DNA of 63,463 bases, filler included, from Octopus bimaculoides (Eukaryota), in assembly GCF_001194135.2 (NCBI RefSeq). It is 4 parts of 4 records of this genome, joined end to end, with 100 filler letters (N's around TTAATTAATTAA, not from the genome) between each part and the next. Parts side by side here need not be neighbours in the genome. Positions count along the whole stretch, not along the records: positions 25,888 to 46,943 come from NC_068983.1; 3 more parts are not named here. The stretch is one strand, 5' to 3'. The notes beneath the pieces are model-generated. The model was given only the letters and a program-made list of their open reading frames with translations. It did not search any database and was not told the origin of the DNA. Positions 27,499 through 40,120 of this stretch are shown here, piece by piece (within the stretch, counting starts at the first letter, position 1; each line of letters begins with the position of its first letter). A program made the translations under genes and the position numbers.

Positions 27499-28877
27499 AT
27501 ATATATATATATAGATAGATAGATAGATAGGTAGACAGTGTTTCACCATTACATTTCCTTGCGTGTATAGTATAAGGCACACAGCATGCCACTGAGGCCG
27601 TCCTTCGCCTGTCTATACAAACTTGTACAGCAGACCCGAAAGTACTGTCGCCATAGTGTCGTCTGTGGCGGACCGTTCCCATCACCCCCACTCAGCTGCT
27701 ATCTGTCTGTCTATTTGTCTAAATATGCACACACACACACACACACACTTGCAATTACTCACAGTAATAAATTTGTGATCTTGCAATCTGCAAGAAATAG
27801 CAGCCAAAAATGTCCCTCAAATTACACATTAATATAATGCACATTAGACGAAACAGCTAGATACTTTGGCTGATTATTTACCCCGTCACACAGATACATA
27901 CATACATACATACACACACGTTTACACACATTCAAACAAACTGTTAGGACTAGGACGGTGAGGGCCAGTGCAAAGCCGAATGTCGATGCACCACTTGAAA
28001 TACAGACGGGTTAGTCACGGCTAGAATGACTTTGATCGTGAGTCTGCTCATACAGGGCCCACCTGGGTTAAACTGTAGGACAATAAAGGGAATTTGAGAG
28101 CCCCCAAGGTTAGTTTACAAGAGAAATATAAAACCTATGTGTGAGTGCGTGATTTATTGATAAACGAAAAGAATTTATCGATAATGTTAAAAACTGTATC
28201 AGTTAATCTTTATTTTAAGATGGTTAATAATCAACTCTCATTTCGTGTCGAAATTTAAAAAAAAAAAAGACAGTTAAGGCAAATAGAACTACGTTGAAAT
28301 GAGTGTGAAGCCTGCCCTACTGCATTACAGCATATGTTCGACTGTGTATATGAATAACAGGACACATACAGAAACCCCACATTACAGAATAGAAAGAAAA
28401 AGCAAGGAGAGAGCTTAAAGGAATAAATTTCTGTAAATTCCACTCAACAATTAGACATTTTACTGTAATATATTATTATAGGATTTCCTTTTTCTATGTG
28501 TCTGTGTGTTTGTGGCTAAGTCGTTGGAGAATAACATCCGCATAAGCAACATAACGAAAATAGAAGAAAACAAACAATACTACACTTGCATAGACGGATG
28601 TAAATGTTATTGCTTAACGTGCCAAAAATCCACAAGAAATGTTGTTGAATTTAGTCAATATAGAAGTAAACATATTAGAAATACAACTAAAAACATTATT
28701 TTTTTTTTCACTTTGTTTTTGTAGTTGATATTAAGTGGGTGTTAGGTAGCTTCCTTCATGCCAAATAATTTTAACGTGCTGCTACTCCTACAACTAAGAT
28801 GAATAGTGATCGGTAATAATCAAAATGGTAAATATATTTGATAAAAAGTAATTTAAAGAACTATGGTGCAAACTTAC

Positions 28878-28950
28878 AGTTGAATGCATATTCCGAATAT
28901 TCGCTACCATCCATTCCAATAACAACGGTTCTACCTTCGGACGACGACAT
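28878..28950 (-). CDS. Universal stress protein (UspA domain) gene, first coding exon
   Basis: ATG in aaccATG context; MSSSEGRTVVIGMDGSEYSEYAFN + T, then the strong donor gtaagt (phase 1, expected Trp). Matches the USP beta1-alpha1 motif R.VV(I/V)..DGS..S..AF.W. Confidence 0.8.
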
Positions 28951-30684
28951 GGTTATAAACAAATTCTTTTTCTTTTTTTTTCTTTCCCCTTCTACAGAAC
29001 CAATTATTCTTAAAGTAAGCTTTCTAAACGACTGCAGTTGCGACCGACCGCTTGTTTATATATGTATATGTACGTGCGCGAGAGAGGGTGTGTGGTGGTG
29101 TGCGTTGAATGTAAGCCACCTGATACAGACTCTTCCACCACTTGTTTGTACTTTAACCTTTGTAATGAGATACGGTTGACATCTTATTTAACGAAGACAA
29201 TGCATGTAAATATAGATACATATATGTACATCGATAAATTGTCTTTCTCACTTTATTCACCCTTTTGGAACGAGATTAAAACTCATTCTAGTCTATGTGT
29301 GACTGACCTACATATCCGGCCGGGAGGGAGGAAAAAAGCGAAACAAAACCGCTTCGTTCATTGATCGTAGAGTGAAAAGAAAGGAAAAAAGGAAAGAATT
29401 GTCTGGAAGATAGGCCAGTAGGAGTAGGCTTTGATGGGGGCGTTTTCTATGTATGGAAAATAAGATACAAAACATGAATTCTTTTAATTTCTCTTTAGAT
29501 TAATCGATTTATTTTGACTAATCACAAGGTATTTGGCTGAATGTTTCAATAGGTGAGCTGATGTGGGTGTGTATGTGTGTGTGCGTGTGCGTGCACAGCT
29601 GATGGAATCTACTTGAGTATGGGGGGGGGGGATTTTTGTAGTTCGATTTGCCAAAAGTAGCAGCTAAATCTCTTAAATCGCACCCTACCGTCTTGAAAAT
29701 TAAAGGAATCCTGGATATTGTGGCTGAAAAATAGACGACTGGAAAGCCTCCGATAGGTCTACTCGTTCAGATTCGACCTAGGGCCAAACCACAATCCTCT
29801 TCACACACAAATATAAAGGAAAATCAATGACACTGGATTTGAACTCTGACCTCATATCTCTGTGATGCGGCACACTTATGTGTCATGTAAGGATCCCCAG
29901 ATGTGCCATGTGTTTTTAAGGCAAGATGAAAAAAATACCATGTTATTTGGATAACTTATCTTCAATGCCCTACATCGGTGCATATGTAAGTGCAGCAAAA
30001 TGCAATGTATGCATTTGTTTTAAAACAATTTTAATACTCGGGGTTCTAAGTGTGCATGCATGCAATTTCTAAATAAGGGCACAAGATCAGTTTCAGAGGA
30101 AGGGGATGGATGGTCGATTAAATCGACCGTAATTCTTGACAGGTAGTTTATTTTATCGATCATGGTGTAAGGTTGGATGAAGGGCGAAGATAAGGTCGGC
30201 CGAATTCGAACTCGGAACATAAATGTCAACCTGTGTGTGTGTAACACTTTTATAAAAATTCTGAGATGGTCCGTGACACTTATCTTATTCAGTGAGCTGA
30301 AAAAAAAAAGAATTTGAAAATCACTGCTCTCCGTAATGTTATGTAGCATTTTTAGTTAAAAAGAATCTCAGTAGCGTTCCAGACGGAACCCTTTATCGGA
30401 AAAGATAAATTCGGCCGGTGTTTTCTCGTTTCTTATTATATTTCACCCTTTAAATCTTTACTGTATCGTCACCAAACACTGCTATTGATTACTGAAAGAA
30501 AGAAAAGAAAAAAAAATATCCATTCATCTGCTATTTTTGAATGTATTTATTAACGAAACCTAATCATGCATCTTACAGACGAAGTAACTGGGTAAATAGA
30601 TAAATACATGTTCATGAGTTCGAAGACACTACCGGCATGTTACTGTATTCTGGTTAACACGAATCTGTCAACATACGTATTCGG

Positions 30685-30697
30685 CACGTGACCCAAT
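30685..30697 (-). promoter_or_regulatory. E-box/CLEAR-type GTCACGTG abutting a CCAAT box (ERSE-II-like ATTGG-N-TCACG)
   Basis: Plus strand cacgtgacccaat; a second TGACGTG (minus) at 30836-30842. Lies in a relatively CpG-rich unique stretch ~1.7 kb upstream of the USP ATG. Confidence 0.3.
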
Positions 30698-31544
30698 CAC
30701 GAACCAAGCACGTTGTCATTCTGTACTCTCTGCACCAGTACATGTCCTCATTCACATTTCTCGTGTGATACACAAACGCACACAATTAGCAGCAATGTCA
30801 AACCTCGTTTTTGTCCTCAAAACTGTGATAGAAAGCACGTCAGTAGGAAAATACCAACTGCTGTAGGATTTCTACCAATTCCCACAACCGGTCTATGCTG
30901 TCGTCATTGCCAAGGCCTTCAAACATTACAGACAAAACAAGCCAACGAGGAAGCCTCTGCATAATCATTCGCCTTGCTAGAAATAGCAGTCAAACTTCCT
31001 GCAAATTGCATCCTATAGTCTCAAACAAATGAACTCCACTTTGGATAATGTCAACATAGTGTCAGGAAGAAAAAAGGAGGTGATAGTTACAGCTAGAAGG
31101 TCTTTGATATAATATCTGTTCAATCAGAGCTGACCTGTGGGCTAAGCAACGACAGGGACCTACAACTAAATAATCGGTGGATGTGTAGAGGCGTTGTGGT
31201 GGGAGGCAATAACTTAAGAATCAGTAACACAGCTAGTGTGTTGCCACCCGGGGTAACCCTTTAATTTCCCCTCTCCCACCTCCTATACAGGTTGAAATAG
31301 CAGACCAATAGAGCCATCCATCTAAAAGTGAATTTGGTGGACGAAAACTGAAGGACATTAGTTGTGTGTGTGTGCTATATGGGAGAGGGGCAATTATGCA
31401 GATAAACAAATTAATTATAACAGCTTAGGTTTGATATACAACATATTTGTTTATGTGTATGTATGTGTGTGTGTGTGTGTAAACAAAACAAAGACTGAAT
31501 ATACTCAGACGATAAATATTTAAGTATAAATATATAGATTTGAA

Positions 31545-32130
31545 ATTTGAAATCTGAAATCGAAATCGAACCGAACCCGACGACTGGCACCCATGCCAAC
31601 CTCACCTTCATTGGACACTAAACTCTGCTTGTGAAGACCTGTTGGGACAAGTGAAATCATAATTGAACCATACTCGATGACTGGCACCTGCACCAGTGGA
31701 GCACAAACAGCACTGTCCGAGCGTGTTCATTGCCAGAGCAGCTGTCTGGCTTCTGTGCTAGTGGCCCGTAAATAGCACCATTTGAGCGTGATCGTTACCA
31801 GCGTCGCCTTCTAGCACTTGTGCTGGTGGCACGTTAGAAAATCATTCGAGCGAGGTCGTTGCCAGTGCCGCTGGACTGGCTCCCGTGCAAGTGGTACGTA
31901 AAATACACCTTTTTGAGCGTGGCCGTTGCCAGTACCGTGTGACTAGCCTCGTGCCGGTAGCACGTAAAAGCACCCACTACACTGGTTGGCGTTAGGAAGG
32001 GCATCCAGCTGTAGAAACTCTGCCAGATCAGATGGGAGCCTGGTGCAGCCTTTGGGCTTGCCAGTCCTCAGTCAAATCGTCCAACCCATGCCAACATGGA
32101 AAGCGGACGTTAAACGATGATGATGATGAT
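31545..32130 (+). mobile_element. RTE LINE 3' UTR (5'-truncated copy) with (GAT)n tail
   Basis: Colinear with the 3' UTR of the 40810-42546 copy; ends aaagcggacgttaaacgatgatgat. Confidence 0.85.
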
Positions 32131-32141
32131 ATAGATCAAAC

Positions 32142-32297
32142 TTACACAGAGCACAAACAACAGAAAATTAAAGCAGAAGAAGTAAAGTGTTATAAATCAA
32201 ACAGCTCAGATCTCTCGGCACTCAGAAACAGCTGTTGAACTTACAACACCGTACTTCTTCCCCTTTAATTTTCTCTGTCGCCTTACACTCTGTATAA
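32142..32297. repeat. Imperfect ~65-bp inverted repeat with 23-nt spacer
   Basis: cagaaaattaaagcagaagaagtaaagtgttataaatcaaacagct versus agctgttgaacttacaacaccgtacttcttcccctttaattttctctg. Confidence 0.75.
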
Positions 32298-32653
32298 CCT
32301 TCATTTTTTAATATGTAAATATCTATATATTTTTTCTTAAATATTCATCGGCTAAAAATCTTCAGTCTGCTTTCTTTCTGTGTGTGTGCGTGTGTGTGTG
32401 TGTTGTATATCAAACCCAAGCTGTCATATTCAATTTCTTTATCCATATAATGCCTCCATATCTGCTCAGCCTGATTCCTCTTCTGGCCCACTCTTTACAC
32501 TGTAGAATTTGTCCCTTATAAAGGGACCAATCAGTCTAATTTCGAATCATTTGAGGGCTACTGCTTTCTATACCGAGAATCTCTGGATCTCATCTATTGA
32601 CTATATATATACTCTTTTACCCTTTTATTTGTTTCAGTCATTTGACTGTGGCC

Positions 32654-33064
32654 ATGCTGGAGCACCTGTTGAGAGACAAATTAATACCTCAAATTGAGTG
32701 CCTAGGCGAAAGACTTCTGAATTGGTTTCAGCAGGACGGGGCCCCTGTCCATTTTGCCACAACTGTTAGAGATTGGCTTAATGACACTTTTCCTCACTGG
32801 ATTGGAAGAAGGGATCATGTGAAATGGTCTCCTCATTCACCAGACCTTTCTCCCCTTGACTTCTTTTTCTGGGGTATGTTGAAAGAGAAAGTTTACTCAA
32901 TAAAGATTACAGATTTGAACCACATGAGAGAACGCATTACCAGTCAGTGTGCTGAAATTGATGGCAATGCAGACTTATTTAATCGAGTTCACCTGAATTT
33001 TGCAAGGCACATCAAGTTTTGCATTGAAAATGATGGAAATCATTTTGAAAATATTATTTATTAA
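32654..33064 (+). mobile_element. Tc1/mariner transposase C-terminal fragment (DD41D/rosa-like)
   Basis: WFQQDGAPVHF...WIGRR...WSPHSPDLSPLDFFFWGMLKEKVY. There are 40 residues between the catalytic Ds, probably one deleted. The 5' end is replaced by a SINE tail. Confidence 0.85.
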
Positions 33065-34363
33065 CATTATAATTAAATAAAATTGTTTTGTTTTAAAAGT
33101 ATGTGTTAANNNNNNNNNNNNNNNNNNNNNNNNNNNNNNNNNNNNNNNNNNNNNNNNNNNNNNNNNNNNNNNNNNNNNNNNNNNNNNNNNNNNNNNNNNN
33201 NNNNNNNNNNNNNNNNNNNNNNNNNNNNNNNNNNNNNNNNNNNNNNNNNNNNNNNNNNNNNNNNNNNNNNNNNNNNNNNNNNNNNNNNNNNNNNNNNATA
33301 TATATATATATATATACATGTGTGTGTGTGTGTGTATGTATATATATATATAATGTGTGTGTCTGTGTCTGTCCCCTACTGTTAGTTGATAACCGTTCTA
33401 GGGTCAATTCAACTAAAAAATTCTTCAAGGTGGTGCCCCAGTCTAATGAGTGAAACAAGTAAAAGACAAAAGTTATATTTCAAAAGAAATATTCTTTTCT
33501 ACTCTAGGCACAAGGCCTGAAAATTTGGGGTGGAGGACAGTTGATTAGATCAGCCCCAGTATGCAACTGGTACATAATTTATCGACCCTGAAAGGATGAA
33601 AGGCAAAGTCGACCTCAGCAGAATTTGAACTCAGAATGTAAAAACAGATGAAATACCGCTAAGCATTTCTCCTGGCATGCTAACATTTCTGCCAACTTGC
33701 CACCTTGACATAAACTTAAATAATAAAGCATGATAGGTGAACCATGGTATGGCAAGGGATTATTGTAAAATATACACACATCCACACATACACAACAAAT
33801 TTCTCTCAGTTTCTGTCTACTAAATTCACTCAGAAGGCTTTGATCAGCTTGAGGCTATAGTAGACATTTGCCTAAGGTGCCATGCAATGGGATGGAACCC
33901 AGAACTATGTGGGTTGGGAAGCAAACTTTTTAGTACATGACCACTAAATTTATTCACAGCATTTTGATCTTCACAGTTAACTGAATGTTCATCCATTAAT
34001 TTGGTTATGGGTTTGAACTTTATCCAGATTTATCGGTTTTATCTGTAGCGGCAGGGTAGGGTGGGGGTGAAGGTTATGTTAATCTATTCAAAGTATTTTC
34101 ATTCTTTATAAGTTTGTAGACTTTTTACTCAATTAAGAATTTGTCATAAATCTATATCTGAAGGTGAAATGGTGAACTGAAGCCCAGTGACAAAGGACAA
34201 TACAGCTGTTATTCAAACTCTTGTGCATTCACATACATACAAACACTCTGAAACCGAAATAGGAGCTCTGTGATTGCTCAGTGTGCTAGATATAGCAAAC
34301 AAATCTCATTCAAGTCACACACTGTTGTTTTAAAAGATGGAATACATTAAATAATATAATCCT

Positions 34364-34776
34364 ATATTAATAGTTATCGTCAAGTCAACATGGCAGTCCA
34401 AAAAATAGGATGAATGCTGCCGTTGATTAGCTCCAAGAGGCCATCGCTTCTAGCTAACTATATGACACACGAATCTGTGTCCATTATAACCCCTGCTGGG
34501 TTCAGCTACTCTACATTGATAAGAAGTAATACCTCGAAACTAGTCTGTAGATGCAAGACCAGCAAGGGGAAGCGGCTGAACTCCCCTTTTCGAAGGTTAT
34601 AAAGGACACAGGTTCGTGTGTCACATAGCTAGCTAGAGGCGATGGCCTCTTGAGGCTAATCAATGGCAGCATTAGTCTTATCTTTTGGACTGCCATGTTG
34701 GCTTGGCAATAACTATTAATATCCAGTACCGCTGCCGTAGACTCCTTTAGAGAGACTTAGAAATATTAATATTTCT
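34364..34776 (+). mobile_element. Fold-back element with 128-bp arms, central hammerhead and 14-bp flanking direct repeat
   Basis: Arms 34364-34491 and 34595-34722 (15 mismatches, no indels). ataatataatccta at 34351-34364 and 34777-34790. Confidence 0.8.
34510..34551 (+). ncRNA. Minimal type-I hammerhead ribozyme with U3-A8 core
   Basis: TCTACA-TTGATAA-GAAGT-AAT-ACCTC-GAAAC-TA-GTC-TGTAGA: perfect 6-bp stem I, G10.1-C11.1 stem II, palindromic ACTAGT stem III, GUC site. Confidence 0.75.
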
Positions 34777-37414
34777 ATAATATAATCCTAGATATGCTAA
34801 AAATATTAGAATGGTCAAAGCTGAAATGCTTTTATTTGTAGATCCACTAATTCAGAGCTGATCTGTGGTTGAGTAACATTAGACATTATCCTAAGTAATA
34901 ATCTGATTCCTTAGACTTCACTTTCTCATACACCACAACCAGAAGTCCCACAGGTATGTTGTACCTTTCCTATGTCTTCTGTTGTAACTTCTCTAGACTT
35001 ACCCAACTCTCTAATCCTTTAATCGGTTATTGTGTTGGCTACACACAACAGAAGTTCAATGCTGCAGTTTGGATTGAAATGGAAGAATGAATGCAGTTTC
35101 AATTGTCTCAATAATCTGACCCTTGGGGGTCCATATAAGATTTTGTTGTTAAAACTTATGTGCAATAAATTGGCTATATTTCTACAATATACAAAATATT
35201 TAAACAGTTTTGTTTATACAATTCCTTATATTTTATAATAAAAATATAACAGAATGTTTTAAACATTGAATGGCAATGGTGGTGAGGCCTGCCAGAGTAA
35301 AATAGGAACCAAAGGGATCCATTAGTAAACAAGAGAACTCAGAGAGTGCAACACCAACATCCTCTCAACGATTAGCTGGAGATGATTTTTAATATGAGAA
35401 TATCAGAAATAAACTCGAGTGCTCTGACAAACGAGAATACTAAAAATGAACCTGAGCGCTCTCAAAAATTAAGTGAAAAAGCAGGAAAAATAATCCAGAA
35501 TTATTGTCCAGTACTGGATCGATCACAAAATCTGATTAGTTTGTACCAGTCATGAGGCCAAACATTCCTGACAGTTTCATTCGAATCTATCCAGCAGTTC
35601 TTGAGATATGCACCTATATAAAATAACCAGTGAAAGGAAAAAAAAAACCGACCCTTTGATGTGGCATCAATATAGCAACTGAATTTTCCTCAGGGGTTGA
35701 AATAAGTGTTAGAATTTAAGACTGTATACTCTGGGAATGGAATGTCACAGTTTCACGCAGTTATTTGGACATATACGATCTTGCACAGCTGACTGGACAT
35801 TCAACCTGTTTTAGCAACATTGCTTTTTGGTGCTGGAGGTAAATTTACACACAAATTTACACACAATCACACTCACACTCACACTCACTCACTCACTCTT
35901 ACAAATATACTCAGAGAGAGAGAGAGAAGTCAGGAGAGAACAAAGAAAACATTAAAACATTTGATATCAAATTAGTCAGTGTCAAATAAGCAATGCAAAT
36001 GAGCAATGCCAAAATGTCTCTCAATCTTTATATGATAAATGCAGACTGCATCGTTCTAAATTTGACTACCTTTTATTGGAGCAAAGATTGCTAACAGATA
36101 GAAGCAACACTGAAAACTAACATATCTTTATTAAAACCAGGAGCCAGTCAATTAGACAAACACCATTTACAACAAACAACTCTTGTCCCAACAAAGAAGA
36201 GGTTATGTTTAATAATATATTAAATATGTTGAGGCCTCTTCCAAAACGCATTAGATAATTTCAAAAGCAAGACACAATAGTGTTTCTGGCAGATTGACAG
36301 TGCACCTATTGTTTAAGGGGCTCAAAGTACAGTAACGCTGCAGTAAAAGCATCTGAATAAAAGACAATAGCCAAACTAGAGTCATTGATCATCATTAGCA
36401 GCATATAAATTATGTGTCCTTGATGAATTTAATCAATGCTGCTGACTGGAGTTCAGCTATAAGTACTGAGGCTAAAGTGTGAAGTGCAAGTAAGTTTACA
36501 CAGATTGTGTTGATGATAAAAGGTATCTATAAGGCATGTGTTGCAAATGTTTGATTATAATCTGATATGTTAGAAACTTGACATAAATTATTGATGAAGG
36601 GAATATGATTTGTTTGTTATGGAAGTTCAGTGTGCTTCACAGCTGTCCAAATCCATATTCTACTGGATCGTCAGCTCCAGGTTAAATAGTGCATATTTGA
36701 TCAGTTGCACTACACACTGTCTATTGCTAAACATTTCACTCTTGCTAGACCAGTTCATATAACAGTAATTAGGTACTATAAGTAAGTACCTACCAGTATT
36801 ATTGTCAGTAATGTCACAATGTGAAGGCAGCGAGCTGGCAGAATCATTAGCACACCGGGCAAAATACTTAGCAGTATTTCGTCTGCCTCTACATTCTGAG
36901 TTCAAATTCCACCGAGGTCGACTTTGCCTTTCAACCTTTCAGGGTCGATAAATTAAGTACTAGTGAAACACTGGGGTCGATGTAATAAACTAGTCCCCTC
37001 CCCATAAATTTCAGGCCTTGTGCCTATTGTTGAAAGGATTATTATACAAGTGATCGTTCAAATTCTGCCAAGGTCGACTTTGCTTTTCATCCTTTCAGGG
37101 TTGATAAATTAAGTACCAGTGAAATACTGGGGTTAATGTAATCGACTACACCCCCTCCCCATAAATTTCAGGCCTTGTGCCTTTAGTAGAAAGAAAGTAA
37201 CGCCACAATATAAATGAGTGGCTGAGAGTTTGTAATTTTAATGTAAGCTCTTCAAATAGAGGCAAGCATGGCTGTGTAATAAGAAAGAAGTTCATATGTG
37301 TGTGTGTGTGTGTGTGTATTTGTGCCCCCACCCACCCCACCAACTTGACAACTGGTGTTGGTTTGTTTAGATCCTTGTAACTTAGCAGTTTGACAAGAAA
37401 GCAATAGAATAAGT

Positions 37415-37503
37415 TTATTATTTATGCGCCAGGTCTGGGAATCAAAACCGTGATCCTCCGACCACGAGTCCACTGCCCTAACCGCTGGGCCATTGCGCCT
37501 CCA
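37415..37503 (-). mobile_element. tRNA-like SINE head only, retroposed into a family A SINE
   Basis: ggaggcgcaatggcccagcggttagggcagtggactcgtgg...ggttttgattcccagacc (A and B boxes) plus a short A-rich tail. 13-bp TSD caatagaataagt (37402-37414 and 37504-37516). Confidence 0.8.
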
Positions 37504-39109
37504 CAATAGAATAAGTACCAGATTTTTAAAAAACACATAAGTTCTGGGATAAATCTGCTTGACTAAACCCTTCTAAGTAGTGCTCCAGTATGACCACAAT
37601 GAGAATAACAGTGGTGCAGTCGATAAAAGCATTTTCTGTGTGCACGCATGAATGTGTGTATATGTATATGAGCAGGTGTGTATGTATGTTTATGTATATA
37701 TGTCTAAGCATTTAAAGAGCCATCTTAAATGTTCCAGTGACTGGAACGAGTAAAAGATAAAGACAATTCTAAAGAAAATCACGGCAATAATTGCTCTCCT
37801 GTTGGAAAATACTTTATGAAGAGTTAGATTTCTATAATGAACTAATAATTAGGTTAACTACAAAAGGAGCTAATCATTGATGTTGATGTTAATTACTGAC
37901 ATCATCATTATTATTACATAATTAATTCTTCAGTTTAAGGCATTTATAAATCATGGTAAACTTAAGAATCACTATAACATCTGCAATAATCTGTTTGTAT
38001 CCCAATGTCACAGTCATGTTTACAATTATAGAAAATTACTTTAATTGCTGACTGCTGATTGTTGGAGCATTTAGCAATTAACTCCATTGTCTGTTGGTTA
38101 TAGCAAGGTGTGTGATAGCCGTTTGCTGGTTAATAAATAATTATAGCCAGGTGTTTAGAAATCACTCCAGGTATGGCTATGCGGTTGAGTCAACTTATTG
38201 ACTGCAGCTTTGGATTCAGTACTATTGTGCAGCACCTTAGGTAAATGCCTTTTAACAATAGCCCCAGATTGATCTGTGCCTTGTGAGTAAATTTATTTGT
38301 TGGAAACTGAAAGATATCCATTGTGTGTATGTGCATATGTTGTGTGTGTGTGTCTGCATGCATGTGTGAATAAGCATGTATAGGACTGTTAACAATCACA
38401 AAATGAGCTGCAACTGCAGACAGTGACATCATGGCTTGCAGCTTGGGGTGGGCATGGTTTCTAGCCTGGTTACTGACAAATGTTATTTGTTGACATTTCG
38501 TGTCAAGAAAAACTGCCAGCTATTTCTGCATTTTGAAATCCTCCAGGAATATAAAGTAAATTTTTTCCATGAAAAATAGGCATGGCTGGTGATACAGAGA
38601 GCATCCAGACATTAAAAAAAAGACCCTGCCTCAATTACTTCCCTTCTAAACATTGCTAGCTTGGAATAACAGACATTAAATGAAATGTACAATCATATCT
38701 GCCATCCACAAGAAACTAAAAAATAACATTTTTATTAATAGATGTCTAAAAATCACTGCAGTCTACAACCATTTCATAGTAACAAATCTTTCATGAAGTT
38801 CCTGGACAATTCTACAACAGAGAAATATTATAATTAATTGAATTAACACCAGAACACTAATTGTATTTTATTAATTCAAAAAAGACAAAAAAAAAAAGAA
38901 ACAAAATCGAGCAGAGCAGAATTTGAACTCAGAACTTGCTTGGAAGTTAGCAAAGAAGTATAGTAGGATAGCTAGACCATTACTCTACTGCAATTTCACA
39001 ACACATAAGCATTAAATTTTAGAGTAATAGTAATGCAGACAATAAAAGTATTTTGTGTGTATGTGCATGTATGCATGTTTGTGTGTATGTATGTGTGAGT
39101 GCGCATGCA

Positions 39110-39140
<31 letters not shown>

Positions 39141-39189
39141 CATCATCATCATCATTCAACATCTGCTTTCCATGCTGGCATGGGTGATA

Positions 39190-39227
<38 letters not shown>

Positions 39228-40120
39228 TGTGTGCATAAGCATTTAAAGTGAGTTTCATGCCATTTTAAACTTAAGAAAAACCATTTTCTTTTTTAAATAA
39301 TAATTAATGCAGAATTTTATTGATTATCAAAAATAAAGCAAGAACAAATGATTTTAAATGTATTTTCAAAATCTGATTGTCTATAATAAAATAATCTCTT
39401 ATTAATTATGAATTATTATGGAAAGCCACAGCATAACATTTCATGATAACAGTATAATGTCTAGTACTTCTTGCATTTAATGTTAACAAAGTGTTAAACC
39501 ATGTTAAATTGTTATGCAGTCACTTCAGGGCATTTAACATAATGTTAACCTTAGGTTAACTCTCACAGTTTCAATCAGTTAAAGTTAAATGTCCAGTAAT
39601 TATGACATTGTTCAATAATCGATACAAAAATAATCAATGGATTCAAACATTTATTGTATAAAGTGCTTAAAAACTATTGCCATGTTCTTATCTATTAAAT
39701 TATTCTTGTGTTACATGATCACCAATAGCTTTATGTATATCAGAGTATGTATTTGAGATGCATCTGGTACATTAAACAGAATTAAATTGTAAACATAATC
39801 ATCATCTTAATGTTCATTTTTCCATTGTGGCATGGGTGGAATGGATTGACAAGAACTGGTGAGTCACAGGGTTTCATTGAGCTCCAATGGCAGCTTTGGC
39901 ATAGTTTCTACAGTTGGATGTCCTTCTTAATAACAACCACTTTACAGTGTGTACTGGATATTTTTTTCATGACTCTGGTACTTGTGAGTTTGCCATGAAA
40001 CTTTCAAGACTGGAAAAAAACAAAAATAAATAAATAAGTGAATAGCCCTCTCGACTATAAGGGGCGGGGGGAGTATTTGAAATGAGGGGTAGAATTGGTT
40101 TCATGCCAGGTATTCAGAGT

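Noticed and set aside
37415-37503. tRNA-like sequences (also 50755, 62701)
   Set aside because: No complete cloverleaf; they are SINE heads, not tRNA genes.
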